From Bacillota bacterium (GTDB lineage: Bacteria > Bacillota > Clostridia > Oscillospirales > Acutalibacteraceae): a stretch of DNA of 48,686 nucleotides. The position numbers and the translations under genes are program-made. The stretch lies in assembly GCA_029005175.1 (NCBI GenBank), contig JAQXFQ010000030.1, forward strand, positions 1-48,686, written 5' to 3'. This document shows positions 17,773 to 26,077 of the stretch, in pieces. The notes beneath the pieces were generated by a model. That model did not search any database. It was not told where the DNA came from and saw nothing but the letters and a program-made list of their open reading frames with translations. Each line of letters starts with the position of its first letter. Position 1 is the first letter of the stretch.

Positions 17773-18374
17773 TATTTAAAGTCAAAATACTGCTTGATTT
17801 CTTCATACCATTCCACACACTTAAATCTTGCCTCGTACTGTGTACCTTGTACAAATTCCATCTGTTCATCGGTCAGCACGTCATCAAGCTGCGCCTCATT
17901 GTCCGATGCCGCCGAAATGCAAAGTGGGGGAAACATAACGCACCACCAGTTGTGTCCTGCCCCTTCGCCGATTATCACGCGCAAGGCCTTATATTCTCCG
18001 GCAGGCAGTGTGATATTTTCGTATGTTCGTGTGGTAAAATAAGTATCTTCCAGCTCAACGCTTACAGGATAATTGTAACCGTTGGCAATTACCACTTTTT
18101 GGGCTTCGGACTGCAGTAAAGCTAGATTACTTTCCGTACTTTCGACAGCATCTTCACGGGTCTTTGCGTTTGAATAAATATCATTGCTTACCTCAAGAAG
18201 TCTGTCCCTTACCTTTAACTTGAGATTTTGGTCAGCCTCATCATCGGAATTGGCAAGCACGTGCAGCCGCAGAACACTTTCTCGTATATCATCACATTCA
18301 ACATTAAGTGATGTTATGCTGAGTACAATGCCGAATACTAGGGCGATAAGTAAAGATATTTCAAGTCGTTTCAT
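17772..18374 (-). CDS. spoIIR: Stage II sporulation protein R
   Basis: Signal/TM segment, then VLRLHVLANSDDEADQNLKLKVRDRLL and NWWCVMFPPLC, the hallmark SpoIIR motifs. Confidence 0.9.
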   Translation of the reverse strand: MKRLEISLLIALVFGIVLSITSLNVECDDIRESVLRLHVLANSDDEADQNLKLKVRDRLLEVSNDIYSNAKTREDAVESTESNLALLQSEAQKVVIANGYNYPVSVELEDTYFTTRTYENITLPAGEYKALRVIIGEGAGHNWWCVMFPPLCISAASDNEAQLDDVLTDEQMEFVQGTQYEARFKCVEWYEEIKQYFDFK

Positions 18375-18484
18375 AGTAAAATAATCCTCCGTAACAGTTA
18401 AGTTTTGATTTGTTTTGCATGCATCAAATCATTCGCTGTAATTATTAACAGAGGATTCGTTATTTATTCAGTTAATTTAATTTT

Positions 18485-19369
18485 TTATTCCACTATCTTG
18501 CATCCGCAGTCGGAAGCGCATGTGATATAGGTGTTTTTGTAGTCCTTAGCAAGTGTAAAGTAACATTGCTTTGCAATCTCTGCGTCATCAAAAATGCCAA
18601 ATACGGTAGTTCCGCTTCCTGTCATACAAGCACCTAACGCTCCGCCTTCAATCATAATTGATTTTATTACGTTACATTCATCTAGGTTCAGCACCTGTTC
18701 AAACACATTTGACAGTTTTTTTGCAACTTCAACTGTGTCCATTTCGCGCAGAGCTTTTTTCATACCATCAGTATCCGGGCGAACTATTCTTTCACTATCG
18801 CAGCTATCAACAGCCGCATAAGCTTTGCCTGTTGACACACCAATATCGGGCTTGCAAAGCAGAATTACAGGTTGATTCCTGAAGTCAGACATTTTTGGCA
18901 GACTGCTGAGAATTTCGCCCTTGCCCTCAGAGAGCATAGTGCCGCCGGTTATGCAAAAAGGCACATCTGCGCCGACTTTCACCCCTATTTCCCAAAGTAT
19001 TTCGTCTGAATATCCTGTTCCGCAAAGCTCATTCAACGCGCAGATTACTGCCGCTCCGTCAGCACTTCCACCTGCCATGCCGGCTTCCATCGGAATATTC
19101 TTTTCAATTTGAATTTCTACACCTCTGAGCGGCATTCCACTGTATTCAAAAAAAGCCTTTGCCGATTTGTATGCAATGTTGCTTTCATCATCAGCAAGTA
19201 AAGCCGACGAGCTTTTCACAGTGATTTTACCGCTGTCGTTTAAATCAACTCTCACATCATCGTGCAGTCCCACTGACTGCATTATCATTATCAAATCGTG
19301 ATAGCCGTCGGGGCGCTTGCCGACAATATCAAGCGTCAAATTAATTTTTGCATATGCTTCAATTTTCAT
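18485..19369 (-). CDS. ispE: 4-diphosphocytidyl-2-C-methyl-D-erythritol kinase
   Basis: AYAKINLTLDIVGKRPDGYHDL and GHMP kinase motif PMEAGMAGGSADGAA. Confidence 0.92.
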   Translation of the reverse strand: MKIEAYAKINLTLDIVGKRPDGYHDLIMIMQSVGLHDDVRVDLNDSGKITVKSSSALLADDESNIAYKSAKAFFEYSGMPLRGVEIQIEKNIPMEAGMAGGSADGAAVICALNELCGTGYSDEILWEIGVKVGADVPFCITGGTMLSEGKGEILSSLPKMSDFRNQPVILLCKPDIGVSTGKAYAAVDSCDSERIVRPDTDGMKKALREMDTVEVAKKLSNVFEQVLNLDECNVIKSIMIEGGALGACMTGSGTTVFGIFDDAEIAKQCYFTLAKDYKNTYITCASDCGCKIVE

Positions 19370-19386
19370 TATTGAAAATCTCCTTC

Positions 19387-19421
19387 TTAAAAAACAGGAC
19401 GGCCTGACCTGCCGCCCTGTT
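19387..19421 (-). terminator. Terminator hairpin after the aminotransferase gene
   Basis: AACAGGACGGC (19392..19402) pairs with GCCGCCCTGTT (19411..19421). A- and T-runs flank it on both sides. Confidence 0.65.
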
Positions 19422-19433
19422 AATTTTTTAATT

Positions 19434-20618
19434 TTAATTCTTAATGCCTTTTTCGTCGTTAAGAAAAAGCTTGATTCTTCTCAAAGCCTCATTTATGTGG
19501 CTCATCGAGTAAGCATATGACACGCGTATGTAGCCTTCGCCGCATTCACCGAATGCCGTGCCCGGTACTACTGCAACATGTCGATGGTATAACAGCTTTT
19601 CACAGAATTCCTCAGATGTCATGCCGGTGTTTTTGATGCATGGGAAGATGTAGAACGCTCCCTCAGGCTCAAAGCAATCAAAGCCAAGCTCGCGGAATCC
19701 GCTGACGATCAACTTTCTGCGCAGGTCATATTCATCTCGCATTTTGTCTATGTCGTCATCACCGTTGCGCAAAGCTTCTATCGCCGCATATTGAGCGGTT
19801 GTAGGAGCACACATTATCGCATACTGGTGAATTTTAGTCATAATAGAGATTATAGGTTCGGGTCCCAACGCATAGCCAAGTCGCCAGCCGGTCATGGCAT
19901 AGGCCTTGGAAAAGCCGTTTACTACAATTGTGCGCTCCTTCATTCCGTCGATTTCCGCAAAAGAAACGTGAGGGATACCATTATATGTCAGTTCACAGTA
20001 AATTTCATCTGCCAACACCATTATATTTGTATCTCGGATAACCTCGGCGATTGCCTCCAAATCTTCACGCCTCATAACTCCACCCGTGGGATTATTTGGA
20101 TAGGGCAGAATGAGCAGCTTGGTCTTGTCGGTAATTTTTTTGCGCAGCTCATCGGGGGTAAGTCGAAATCCATTTTCCTGCTTAGTAACAATCGTTACAA
20201 CCTTTCCGCCTATAAGCTCAGCAATCGGAGCGTAGCAGACAAAGCTTGGCTGAGGGACAAGAACCTCATCACCCGGGGAAATAAGCGCACGCATAGCAAG
20301 GTCAATAGCCTCAGAACCGCCGACGGTGACAACTACATCGCTTTTATAGTTATATTCCAAACGAAATTTTCTTTTGTAATAATCGCAGATTTCTCGGCAA
20401 AGCGCAGTAAAGCCTTTGTTTGGCGAATATCTCGTTCGTCCGTTTTGAAGCGATTCAATTCCGGCATCCCTTATGTGCCATGGTGTAGGGAAGTCAGGCT
20501 CGCCGACCGAAAGTGAAATTACATCGTCCATTTCAGCCGCTATGTCAAAAAACTTTCGTATGCCTGACGGAGGAATATCACGAGCCGTCCGGTTAAGCAA
20601 TGACTGATAATCCATCAC
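19434..20618 (-). CDS. Class I/II pyridoxal-phosphate-dependent aminotransferase
   Basis: LSVGEPDFPTP, YPNNPTGG and NGFSKAYAMTGWRLGY (PLP-Lys context). Confidence 0.88.
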   Translation of the reverse strand: MMDYQSLLNRTARDIPPSGIRKFFDIAAEMDDVISLSVGEPDFPTPWHIRDAGIESLQNGRTRYSPNKGFTALCREICDYYKRKFRLEYNYKSDVVVTVGGSEAIDLAMRALISPGDEVLVPQPSFVCYAPIAELIGGKVVTIVTKQENGFRLTPDELRKKITDKTKLLILPYPNNPTGGVMRREDLEAIAEVIRDTNIMVLADEIYCELTYNGIPHVSFAEIDGMKERTIVVNGFSKAYAMTGWRLGYALGPEPIISIMTKIHQYAIMCAPTTAQYAAIEALRNGDDDIDKMRDEYDLRRKLIVSGFRELGFDCFEPEGAFYIFPCIKNTGMTSEEFCEKLLYHRHVAVVPGTAFGECGEGYIRVSYAYSMSHINEALRRIKLFLNDEKGIKN

Positions 20619-21097
20619 AGTACGTCAGCCCCTCTTTCATCTTCAACACCCGATGAAATAATGATGCCGTCTTCTTTGTATTTTTTAAGAACAAAATGCG
20701 TCGTAGTGGAAACAACGGAATCCAGTGGAGCCAGACGCTTGGCTACAAACATGGCAATGCCCTGGAAAGTCTGACCTGTGACACATACAGAAAAATCGTA
20801 TCCGCCGCTCATAAGAGTTACGGATTCAACTTCTTCAAAAGCCATAATTTCATCGGCAATTGCCTCAAAGCCCGTATTCATACGAGGAGTAACTCTTAAT
20901 TCTATAATAGCCGTAACCTTTTCGGTTTGCTCAAGCTTTTCCCAGTTTATTACGGTTTTATAACCGCAAATCACACCGTTTTTCTCGTATTCGGCTATTT
21001 TATCGCTGACTTCCGTTTCTGTCAGATCAACCATTGCGGCAATCTGAGCATTTGTCAATCTAGGATTGTCCACAAGAATTTTAAGCAGCTTTTCCAT
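20615..21097 (-). CDS. Lrp/AsnC family transcriptional regulator
   Basis: N-terminal HTH (LKILVDNPRLTNAQIAAMVDLTETEVSDKI) and an AsnC-type C-terminal domain. Its stop overlaps the aminotransferase start (ATGA). Start placed at MEKLLK. Confidence 0.8.
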   Translation of the reverse strand: MEKLLKILVDNPRLTNAQIAAMVDLTETEVSDKIAEYEKNGVICGYKTVINWEKLEQTEKVTAIIELRVTPRMNTGFEAIADEIMAFEEVESVTLMSGGYDFSVCVTGQTFQGIAMFVAKRLAPLDSVVSTTTHFVLKKYKEDGIIISSGVEDERGADVL

Positions 21098-21195
21098 GTT
21101 ATTAAAACACCCTTTCGTTTTTTCGCCATAGGTTTTCATAAACCGAACGCGATATAAATATATTTATTATACAATACATACATATGCATTGCAAG

Positions 21196-21232
21196 AAATA
21201 AAAAGCAATTTTTAAAAATGTTAAATTTTTGC
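21196..21232 (-). terminator. Terminator after corA
   Basis: On the minus strand, GCAAAAATTTAA pairs with TTAAAAATTGC and is followed by TTTTTATTT. Confidence 0.55.
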
Positions 21233-21241
21233 TGAAAAAAG

Positions 21242-22183
21242 TTACAGCAGGCGTTTCTTTTTAAGCACAGCCATAGCCACAATGCATATTATCAGCGTTA
21301 ATAGACATATCAGTGCAAATCCGTAATGTGAATCAGCCAGAGGCATGCCGGATGATTGCACATTCATTCCGTAAAGTCCGGATATAATGGTGGGAATAGC
21401 CATTACCAGCGTGATTGCAGTGAGATATTTCATCACATTGTTAAGCTTGCTGTCGATAATTGATGAAATAAGCTCACGGGTTCCGTTAAGAATATCGCGG
21501 TAAATGGAGGTCATCTCAATGGCCTGTCTGTTCTCGACTATCAGATCGTCCAGAAGTTCCTGATCGTCGGGATACTGTTCCAAACGGGTATATCTGGTAA
21601 GGCGGTTGAGAACACCGCTGTTTGCGCTCAGTGATGTGGCGAAGTAAACCAACGTAGATTCAAGCTCGTGGAGGTCAATAAGATCGGTATCGGTAGTATC
21701 TTCTCCTACACGTTCTTCAATCTCGGTGCGCATTTTGTCGATAGTGCGAAGCGTGGACTGATAGAGCGATATATTGCGCCCGAGTATCTGATAAATAAAG
21801 CGCATTTTCTTTTTGGTGCTGAAATCTTTTACCCTTTTGTTGACAAAGTCTTGAAGAATTGGGGTTTCAGCGGTACATACTGTAATTATGGCTGTCTGTG
21901 TGATTAATATGCCGAGAGGTATGGTGGTGTGGCGGTTTTTGTCATGTCTTACCTCAACCGAGGGAATGTCTATGAGTATGAGTGTATATCCATCCTCCAG
22001 TTCAATACGCGAGCTTTCCTCATCGTCCAACGCAGCCATTATGTCGGCGTCATCAATTTCAAAACGGTTGGCGATTTCGGTTACTTCCTGATATGACGGA
22101 CTTACCATATTAATCCAGCAACCGTCTGTAAATTCATCTATTTCCTGCAAAACCTTGTCTTCAGTGCGGTACAGCTTAACCAT
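21242..22183 (-). CDS. corA: Magnesium/cobalt transporter CorA
   Basis: YGMNV motif ahead of the last TM; two C-terminal TMs. ATG at 22183 lies 7 nt after AAGAAGG. Confidence 0.9.
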   Translation of the reverse strand: MVKLYRTEDKVLQEIDEFTDGCWINMVSPSYQEVTEIANRFEIDDADIMAALDDEESSRIELEDGYTLILIDIPSVEVRHDKNRHTTIPLGILITQTAIITVCTAETPILQDFVNKRVKDFSTKKKMRFIYQILGRNISLYQSTLRTIDKMRTEIEERVGEDTTDTDLIDLHELESTLVYFATSLSANSGVLNRLTRYTRLEQYPDDQELLDDLIVENRQAIEMTSIYRDILNGTRELISSIIDSKLNNVMKYLTAITLVMAIPTIISGLYGMNVQSSGMPLADSHYGFALICLLTLIICIVAMAVLKKKRLL

Positions 22184-22311
22184 CAATCTACCTTCTTTAC
22201 GATTGAGCTTTTTATTTAATTCATTATATCACAAGTAAGAAATAAAATCCATATCTTTATTACAATTTCATAAATATTCATTTTTACAAAGCAAATTTAA
22301 AATTTATCGCA

Positions 22312-22340
22312 TTGTCAAACAGACATATTTGTGTTATAAT
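22312..22340 (+). promoter_or_regulatory. Putative sigma-A promoter of pcrA (TTGTCA-17 nt-TATAAT)
   Basis: Hexamers read directly from the sequence; the -10 is preceded by TGT. Confidence 0.55.
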
Positions 22341-22377
22341 TCTAAGAATGATTTTGTTAGGGGAGGATATTTTTATA

Positions 22378-24759
22378 ATGTCTGATTTAAAAGAAAGATA
22401 TATAACTGCCAAAAAGAAAATTTTAGAGCGAGAATTTTCTAAAATGAATGATATGCAGAAGATTGCTGTGTTCAAGACCAAAGGACCGCTGCTCATACTC
22501 GCAGGCGCAGGCAGCGGCAAGACTACAGTGCTTGTCAATCGAATTGCCAATCTTATCCGTTACGGCGATGCTTACACGACCGATATTCTGCCCGCAGGTT
22601 TGACCGAAACCGAGGTGGAATTTACTGAAAGCTTTGCTGACGGAGCACTTTCCGAGAAATCAGAAGAGGATAAGGCAAAAGCTTCTGAGCTGATTAGCCA
22701 TTTTCCGCCTAAGCCGTGGCGAATTATGGCAATAACCTTTACCAACAAAGCGGCAGGTGAGCTTAAGGAACGTCTTACAGCTATGCTCGGTGAAAGCGGC
22801 AGCGAGGTATGGGCGTCGACATTTCATGCTACCTGCGCTCGAATGCTCAGGCGTGACGGCGATCGAATCGGCTTCACAAGCAAATTCACTATTTACGATA
22901 CCGATGACAGTAAGCGCATGATGAAGGATGTTATGGCCTATCTGCATATAGATGATAAGGTTCTGCCGCTCAAATCAATACTTGCCGAAATCAGTCGTGC
23001 CAAAGAACAAATGCTGACGCCACAGGCTTATGCCGTACAAGCCGGCAACGATTTCAGATTGAAAAAGATAGCTGACTGTTATACAAATTATCAGAAACGC
23101 CTTGTGGACGCGGATGCAATGGATTTTGATGATTTGCTTTTCCAGACTGTGCGCCTTTTCAAAGAACACCCCGATGTTCTGGAGTATTATCAGAATCGTT
23201 TTGAATACATAATGATTGACGAATACCAGGATACCAACCATGCTCAGTATCTCTTTGCTAAAATGCTCTCGGAAAAGAACGGCAATCTCTGCGTTGTGGG
23301 TGATGACGACCAAAGTATATACAAATTCCGCGGCGCGACTATCGAAAATATCCTGTCGTTTGAAAATAAGTTTCCAAAGGCCGAAGTTATCCGTCTTGAG
23401 CAGAACTACCGCTCAACGCAGAATATTCTGGACGCTGCAAACGCCGTAATTCAGAACAATACTGAGCGTAAGGGCAAGAATCTTTGGACTGCCAACGGTA
23501 CAGGTGATAAGGTTGTTCATTATCACGCACAGAGCGAACGCGATGAGGCAGCCTTTATTGCAAAAAATATAGAAAACAATGTCGCAAACGGCATGCGCTA
23601 CGGCGATCACGCTGTTCTGTACAGAATGAACGCGCAATCCAACACGATTGAAAATTATTTCGTGCGCGCGGGAATCCCTTACCGTGTTATAGGGGGGCAC
23701 AGATTCTATGAGCGTAAGGAAATCAAGGATATGCTTGCTTATCTCTGCGTGATCGAAAATCCGGCTGATGAAATCCGTCTAAAGAGAATTATAAATGAGC
23801 CTAAACGCGGTATCGGCGATAAGTCGATTCAAAATGCCTCTGAAATAGCGGCGGAGCTGGGCTTGAGCATGTTTGAAGTAATACGCGAAGCGGACAAATA
23901 TCAGGCATTGGCACGCAGTGCGCCAAAATTGATGGCATTTGCGGAAATGATTGAGGAATTTGAGGAAGCGGCAGATAACATGAAGCTTAATGAGCTGCTT
24001 GAATTCATTCTGCAAAAGACTAATTACATCGGCGTGCTCAGAATGTCGGACGATAAGGCGGAGGAGCGCATTGAGAATATAAACGAGCTTGCCTCCAACT
24101 TGCTGAAATATCAGGAGGAGCACGGCGATGATACCGAGCTTGGTTCTTTCTTGGAAGAAGTTGCGCTGATTGCTGATATTGACAATCTTGACGGCGACAG
24201 CGACGCTGTAGTTATGATGACCATGCATTCAGCGAAAGGACTGGAGTTCCCCGCAGTATTTATGCCGGGTATGGAAGAGGGTATCTTCCCGGGCATGCAG
24301 TCTATCCTCAATCCCACTGAAATCGAGGAGGAACGCCGACTGGCTTATGTCGGCATCACTCGTGCCAGACAAAAGCTGTATCTCATAAACTCCGACAGCC
24401 GCATGCTTTTCGGTAACGCTCACCGCAACAGAGTGTCGAGATTTGTGGCGGAAATTCCGGAAACTCTGCTGGAGGATATTCGACCCGAAGTCAAACACAA
24501 TCCTGTGACGACTGCCGCTCCAAAACAGCCGAGAAAGCATTTTACTGATACAGCGTTGGCTGGCGCAGAGGAGCAGAAAATCTCCCACACCCAGGCAGCG
24601 TCATTCAGCGTTGGAGAGAGAGTGCGTCACAAGGTTTTCAAGGAAGGCACTATTGTCAAAGTGACGCCTATGGGAAATGACGCGTTGCTTGAGATCGAAT
24701 TCGACAGCAAGGGACTCAAAAAAATCATGGCAAATTACGCGGGTCTGCAAAAGCTGTGA
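22378..24759 (+). CDS. pcrA: ATP-dependent DNA helicase PcrA (UvrD family)
   Basis: GPLLILAGAGSGKTTVL, TFTNKAAGELKER, DEYQDTN, YRS, MTMHSAKGLEF, YVGITRAR and a C-terminal Tudor-like tail. ATG follows GGGGAGG. Confidence 0.93.
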   Translation: MSDLKERYITAKKKILEREFSKMNDMQKIAVFKTKGPLLILAGAGSGKTTVLVNRIANLIRYGDAYTTDILPAGLTETEVEFTESFADGALSEKSEEDKAKASELISHFPPKPWRIMAITFTNKAAGELKERLTAMLGESGSEVWASTFHATCARMLRRDGDRIGFTSKFTIYDTDDSKRMMKDVMAYLHIDDKVLPLKSILAEISRAKEQMLTPQAYAVQAGNDFRLKKIADCYTNYQKRLVDADAMDFDDLLFQTVRLFKEHPDVLEYYQNRFEYIMIDEYQDTNHAQYLFAKMLSEKNGNLCVVGDDDQSIYKFRGATIENILSFENKFPKAEVIRLEQNYRSTQNILDAANAVIQNNTERKGKNLWTANGTGDKVVHYHAQSERDEAAFIAKNIENNVANGMRYGDHAVLYRMNAQSNTIENYFVRAGIPYRVIGGHRFYERKEIKDMLAYLCVIENPADEIRLKRIINEPKRGIGDKSIQNASEIAAELGLSMFEVIREADKYQALARSAPKLMAFAEMIEEFEEAADNMKLNELLEFILQKTNYIGVLRMSDDKAEERIENINELASNLLKYQEEHGDDTELGSFLEEVALIADIDNLDGDSDAVVMMTMHSAKGLEFPAVFMPGMEEGIFPGMQSILNPTEIEEERRLAYVGITRARQKLYLINSDSRMLFGNAHRNRVSRFVAEIPETLLEDIRPEVKHNPVTTAAPKQPRKHFTDTALAGAEEQKISHTQAASFSVGERVRHKVFKEGTIVKVTPMGNDALLEIEFDSKGLKKIMANYAGLQKL

Positions 24760-24763
24760 TTTA

Positions 24764-24866
24764 ATACTAATTTTCAATAAAAGTACGACAAAAAATCTTC
24801 GCAAAAAACCATATGCGCAAGTTTTTTGCTCGATTTTTTTGTACTTTTTTAATTGAAAATTAGTAT
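24764..24866. repeat. ~103-nt AT-rich imperfect palindrome directly after the pcrA stop
   Basis: Outer arms 24764..24786 and 24841..24866 (about 23 bp with small bulges). Inner arms 24788..24809 and 24821..24840. Loop 24810..24820. Confidence 0.65.
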
Positions 24867-24892
24867 AAAGCCTATCAGAAAATCAAATGAAG

Positions 24893-24940
24893 AAAACCGT
24901 TTTGTACGGCATTTTAAAAATGTCTGTACAAAACGGTTTT
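24893..24940. terminator. Bidirectional terminator (perfect 15-bp stem)
   Basis: AAAACCGTTTTGTAC (24893..24907) pairs with GTACAAAACGGTTTT (24926..24940). It lies 7 nt from the stop of the minus-strand membrane-protein gene. Confidence 0.8.
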
Positions 24941-24946
24941 TGTTAT

Positions 24947-25396
24947 TTATTTGCTTTCGATTTTCTTATTTATTTTTCTGATGCGAATTTTATAGCTGAT
25001 ATATTGAGTTATCCAGATAGTCACATAAATAATAGCAAAAATTGCGACATATTGCAGCAAACCCGCAATCGAATGTTCCATCCAATGGCAAATATAAGCA
25101 ACTGGGAGCATTGTACCGGTGACAATCACAAAATTGATTGCAGTCTGCGCTAACAGGCTAAGCTTTTCGCTTTCCCATACAACAGAACCCGCCGCGAATA
25201 TAAAGCCCATAAGCCCGCAGAGCAGGAATTGAATCAGTACAGCATTAATTTCACTGCCGCACATTTCGATCATTGACGGCACAGCAGGAGAGTAATATCC
25301 CTCTGCAAATATTAAAGAGATAACAATTGTAATGGAGTATCCTATTGTAACGCCGATTGGAAATCCTATCAAACCGCGAAGTATAGCTTTTTTCAT
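24947..25396 (-). CDS. Small polytopic membrane protein (DUF3021-like), partner of the LytTR regulator
   Basis: Four predicted TMs (GLIGFPIGVTIGYSITIVISLIF etc.). It lies 16 nt downstream of the LytTR gene. Start set at MKKAIL. Confidence 0.7.
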   Translation of the reverse strand: MKKAILRGLIGFPIGVTIGYSITIVISLIFAEGYYSPAVPSMIEMCGSEINAVLIQFLLCGLMGFIFAAGSVVWESEKLSLLAQTAINFVIVTGTMLPVAYICHWMEHSIAGLLQYVAIFAIIYVTIWITQYISYKIRIRKINKKIESK

Positions 25397-25412
25397 AAAT
25401 AAATACATCCCT

Positions 25413-25853
25413 TCATATACCAAGTATTTCTTTGATTTTTGAGACGTAGCGTCTCGAAACATAGGTTGATTCTTTGTTTTTGAGCTTTACATAGATTGTA
25501 CCCGCAAGGCTCAGGTCAAATTTTTCCGTTTTTTTAAGGTTGATGATTTCTGAGTTAGAAATTCTGACGAATATTCGGCTGTCAAGCTTTTCCTCAAGCT
25601 GGTAAAGTCTCATACGAATATGAAACGTTCCCGTATCGGTCACTGCCAGTACCCTTTGGTTCTCCGCATAAATTCTGTAAATTTCATTTGGATCCAAAAT
25701 TTTAGCGTTCGTTCCATCAAAGCCCATAATTACATCAGGAGAGGAATCTGACAATTTTCGCACTGCCGCATTGACCTCATCTGTTACATCAGCCGTGTGA
25801 ATCACTGCAACGGGGTTTTTGAACTCCTCTTCGATTTTTATTTCTACCTTCAT
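25413..25853 (-). CDS. Stand-alone LytTR-domain DNA-binding protein (146 aa, no receiver domain)
   Basis: C-terminal LytTR-like signature FVRISNSEIINLKKTEKFDL...TYVSRRYVSKIKE. RBS GAGGAGGTGA. Confidence 0.75.
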   Translation of the reverse strand: MKVEIKIEEEFKNPVAVIHTADVTDEVNAAVRKLSDSSPDVIMGFDGTNAKILDPNEIYRIYAENQRVLAVTDTGTFHIRMRLYQLEEKLDSRIFVRISNSEIINLKKTEKFDLSLAGTIYVKLKNKESTYVSRRYVSKIKEILGI

Positions 25854-25885
25854 TGTGTCACCTCCTCGTGTTTGATTACGCTTAG

Positions 25886-25914
25886 ATTATATATTAACTC
25901 TTACGAGATTTCCA
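25886..25914 (-). promoter_or_regulatory. Putative promoter of the LytTR operon (TGGAAA-17 nt-TATAAT)
   Basis: Hexamers read directly from the minus strand. Confidence 0.4.
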
Positions 25915-25993
25915 GCGATTTTATATACTCGGTATTTTTCGGCATACAGGTGGTAATAATGTGATGGTCTGCATATAAAAAAATTCATATAAG

Positions 25994-26040
25994 CAAAAAA
26001 CCTCCGCTGCACCGGAATTGATTTCCGAGTGCAGCGGAGG
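25994..26040 (-). terminator. Rho-independent terminator of pck
   Basis: 12-bp GC-rich stem CCTCCGCTGCAC/GTGCAGCGGAGG, followed by TTTTTT on the minus strand. Confidence 0.85.
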
Positions 26041-26077
26041 TCTTATTATATTACATTAAGCTATTGACAATGATAAA

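Noticed and set aside
18375-18484. Tried to identify a sigma-F type promoter upstream of spoIIR (GCATG ... element).
   Set aside because: The match to the remembered sigma-F consensus was poor at the -10 region, so it cannot be supported by eye.
19791-20516. A 241-aa plus-strand ORF inside the aminotransferase gene. Similar antisense ORFs lie at 33780..34457, 29170..29709 and 2347..2874.
   Set aside because: Each lies entirely antisense to a well-supported CDS, with no RBS and implausible composition. They are typical shadow ORFs.
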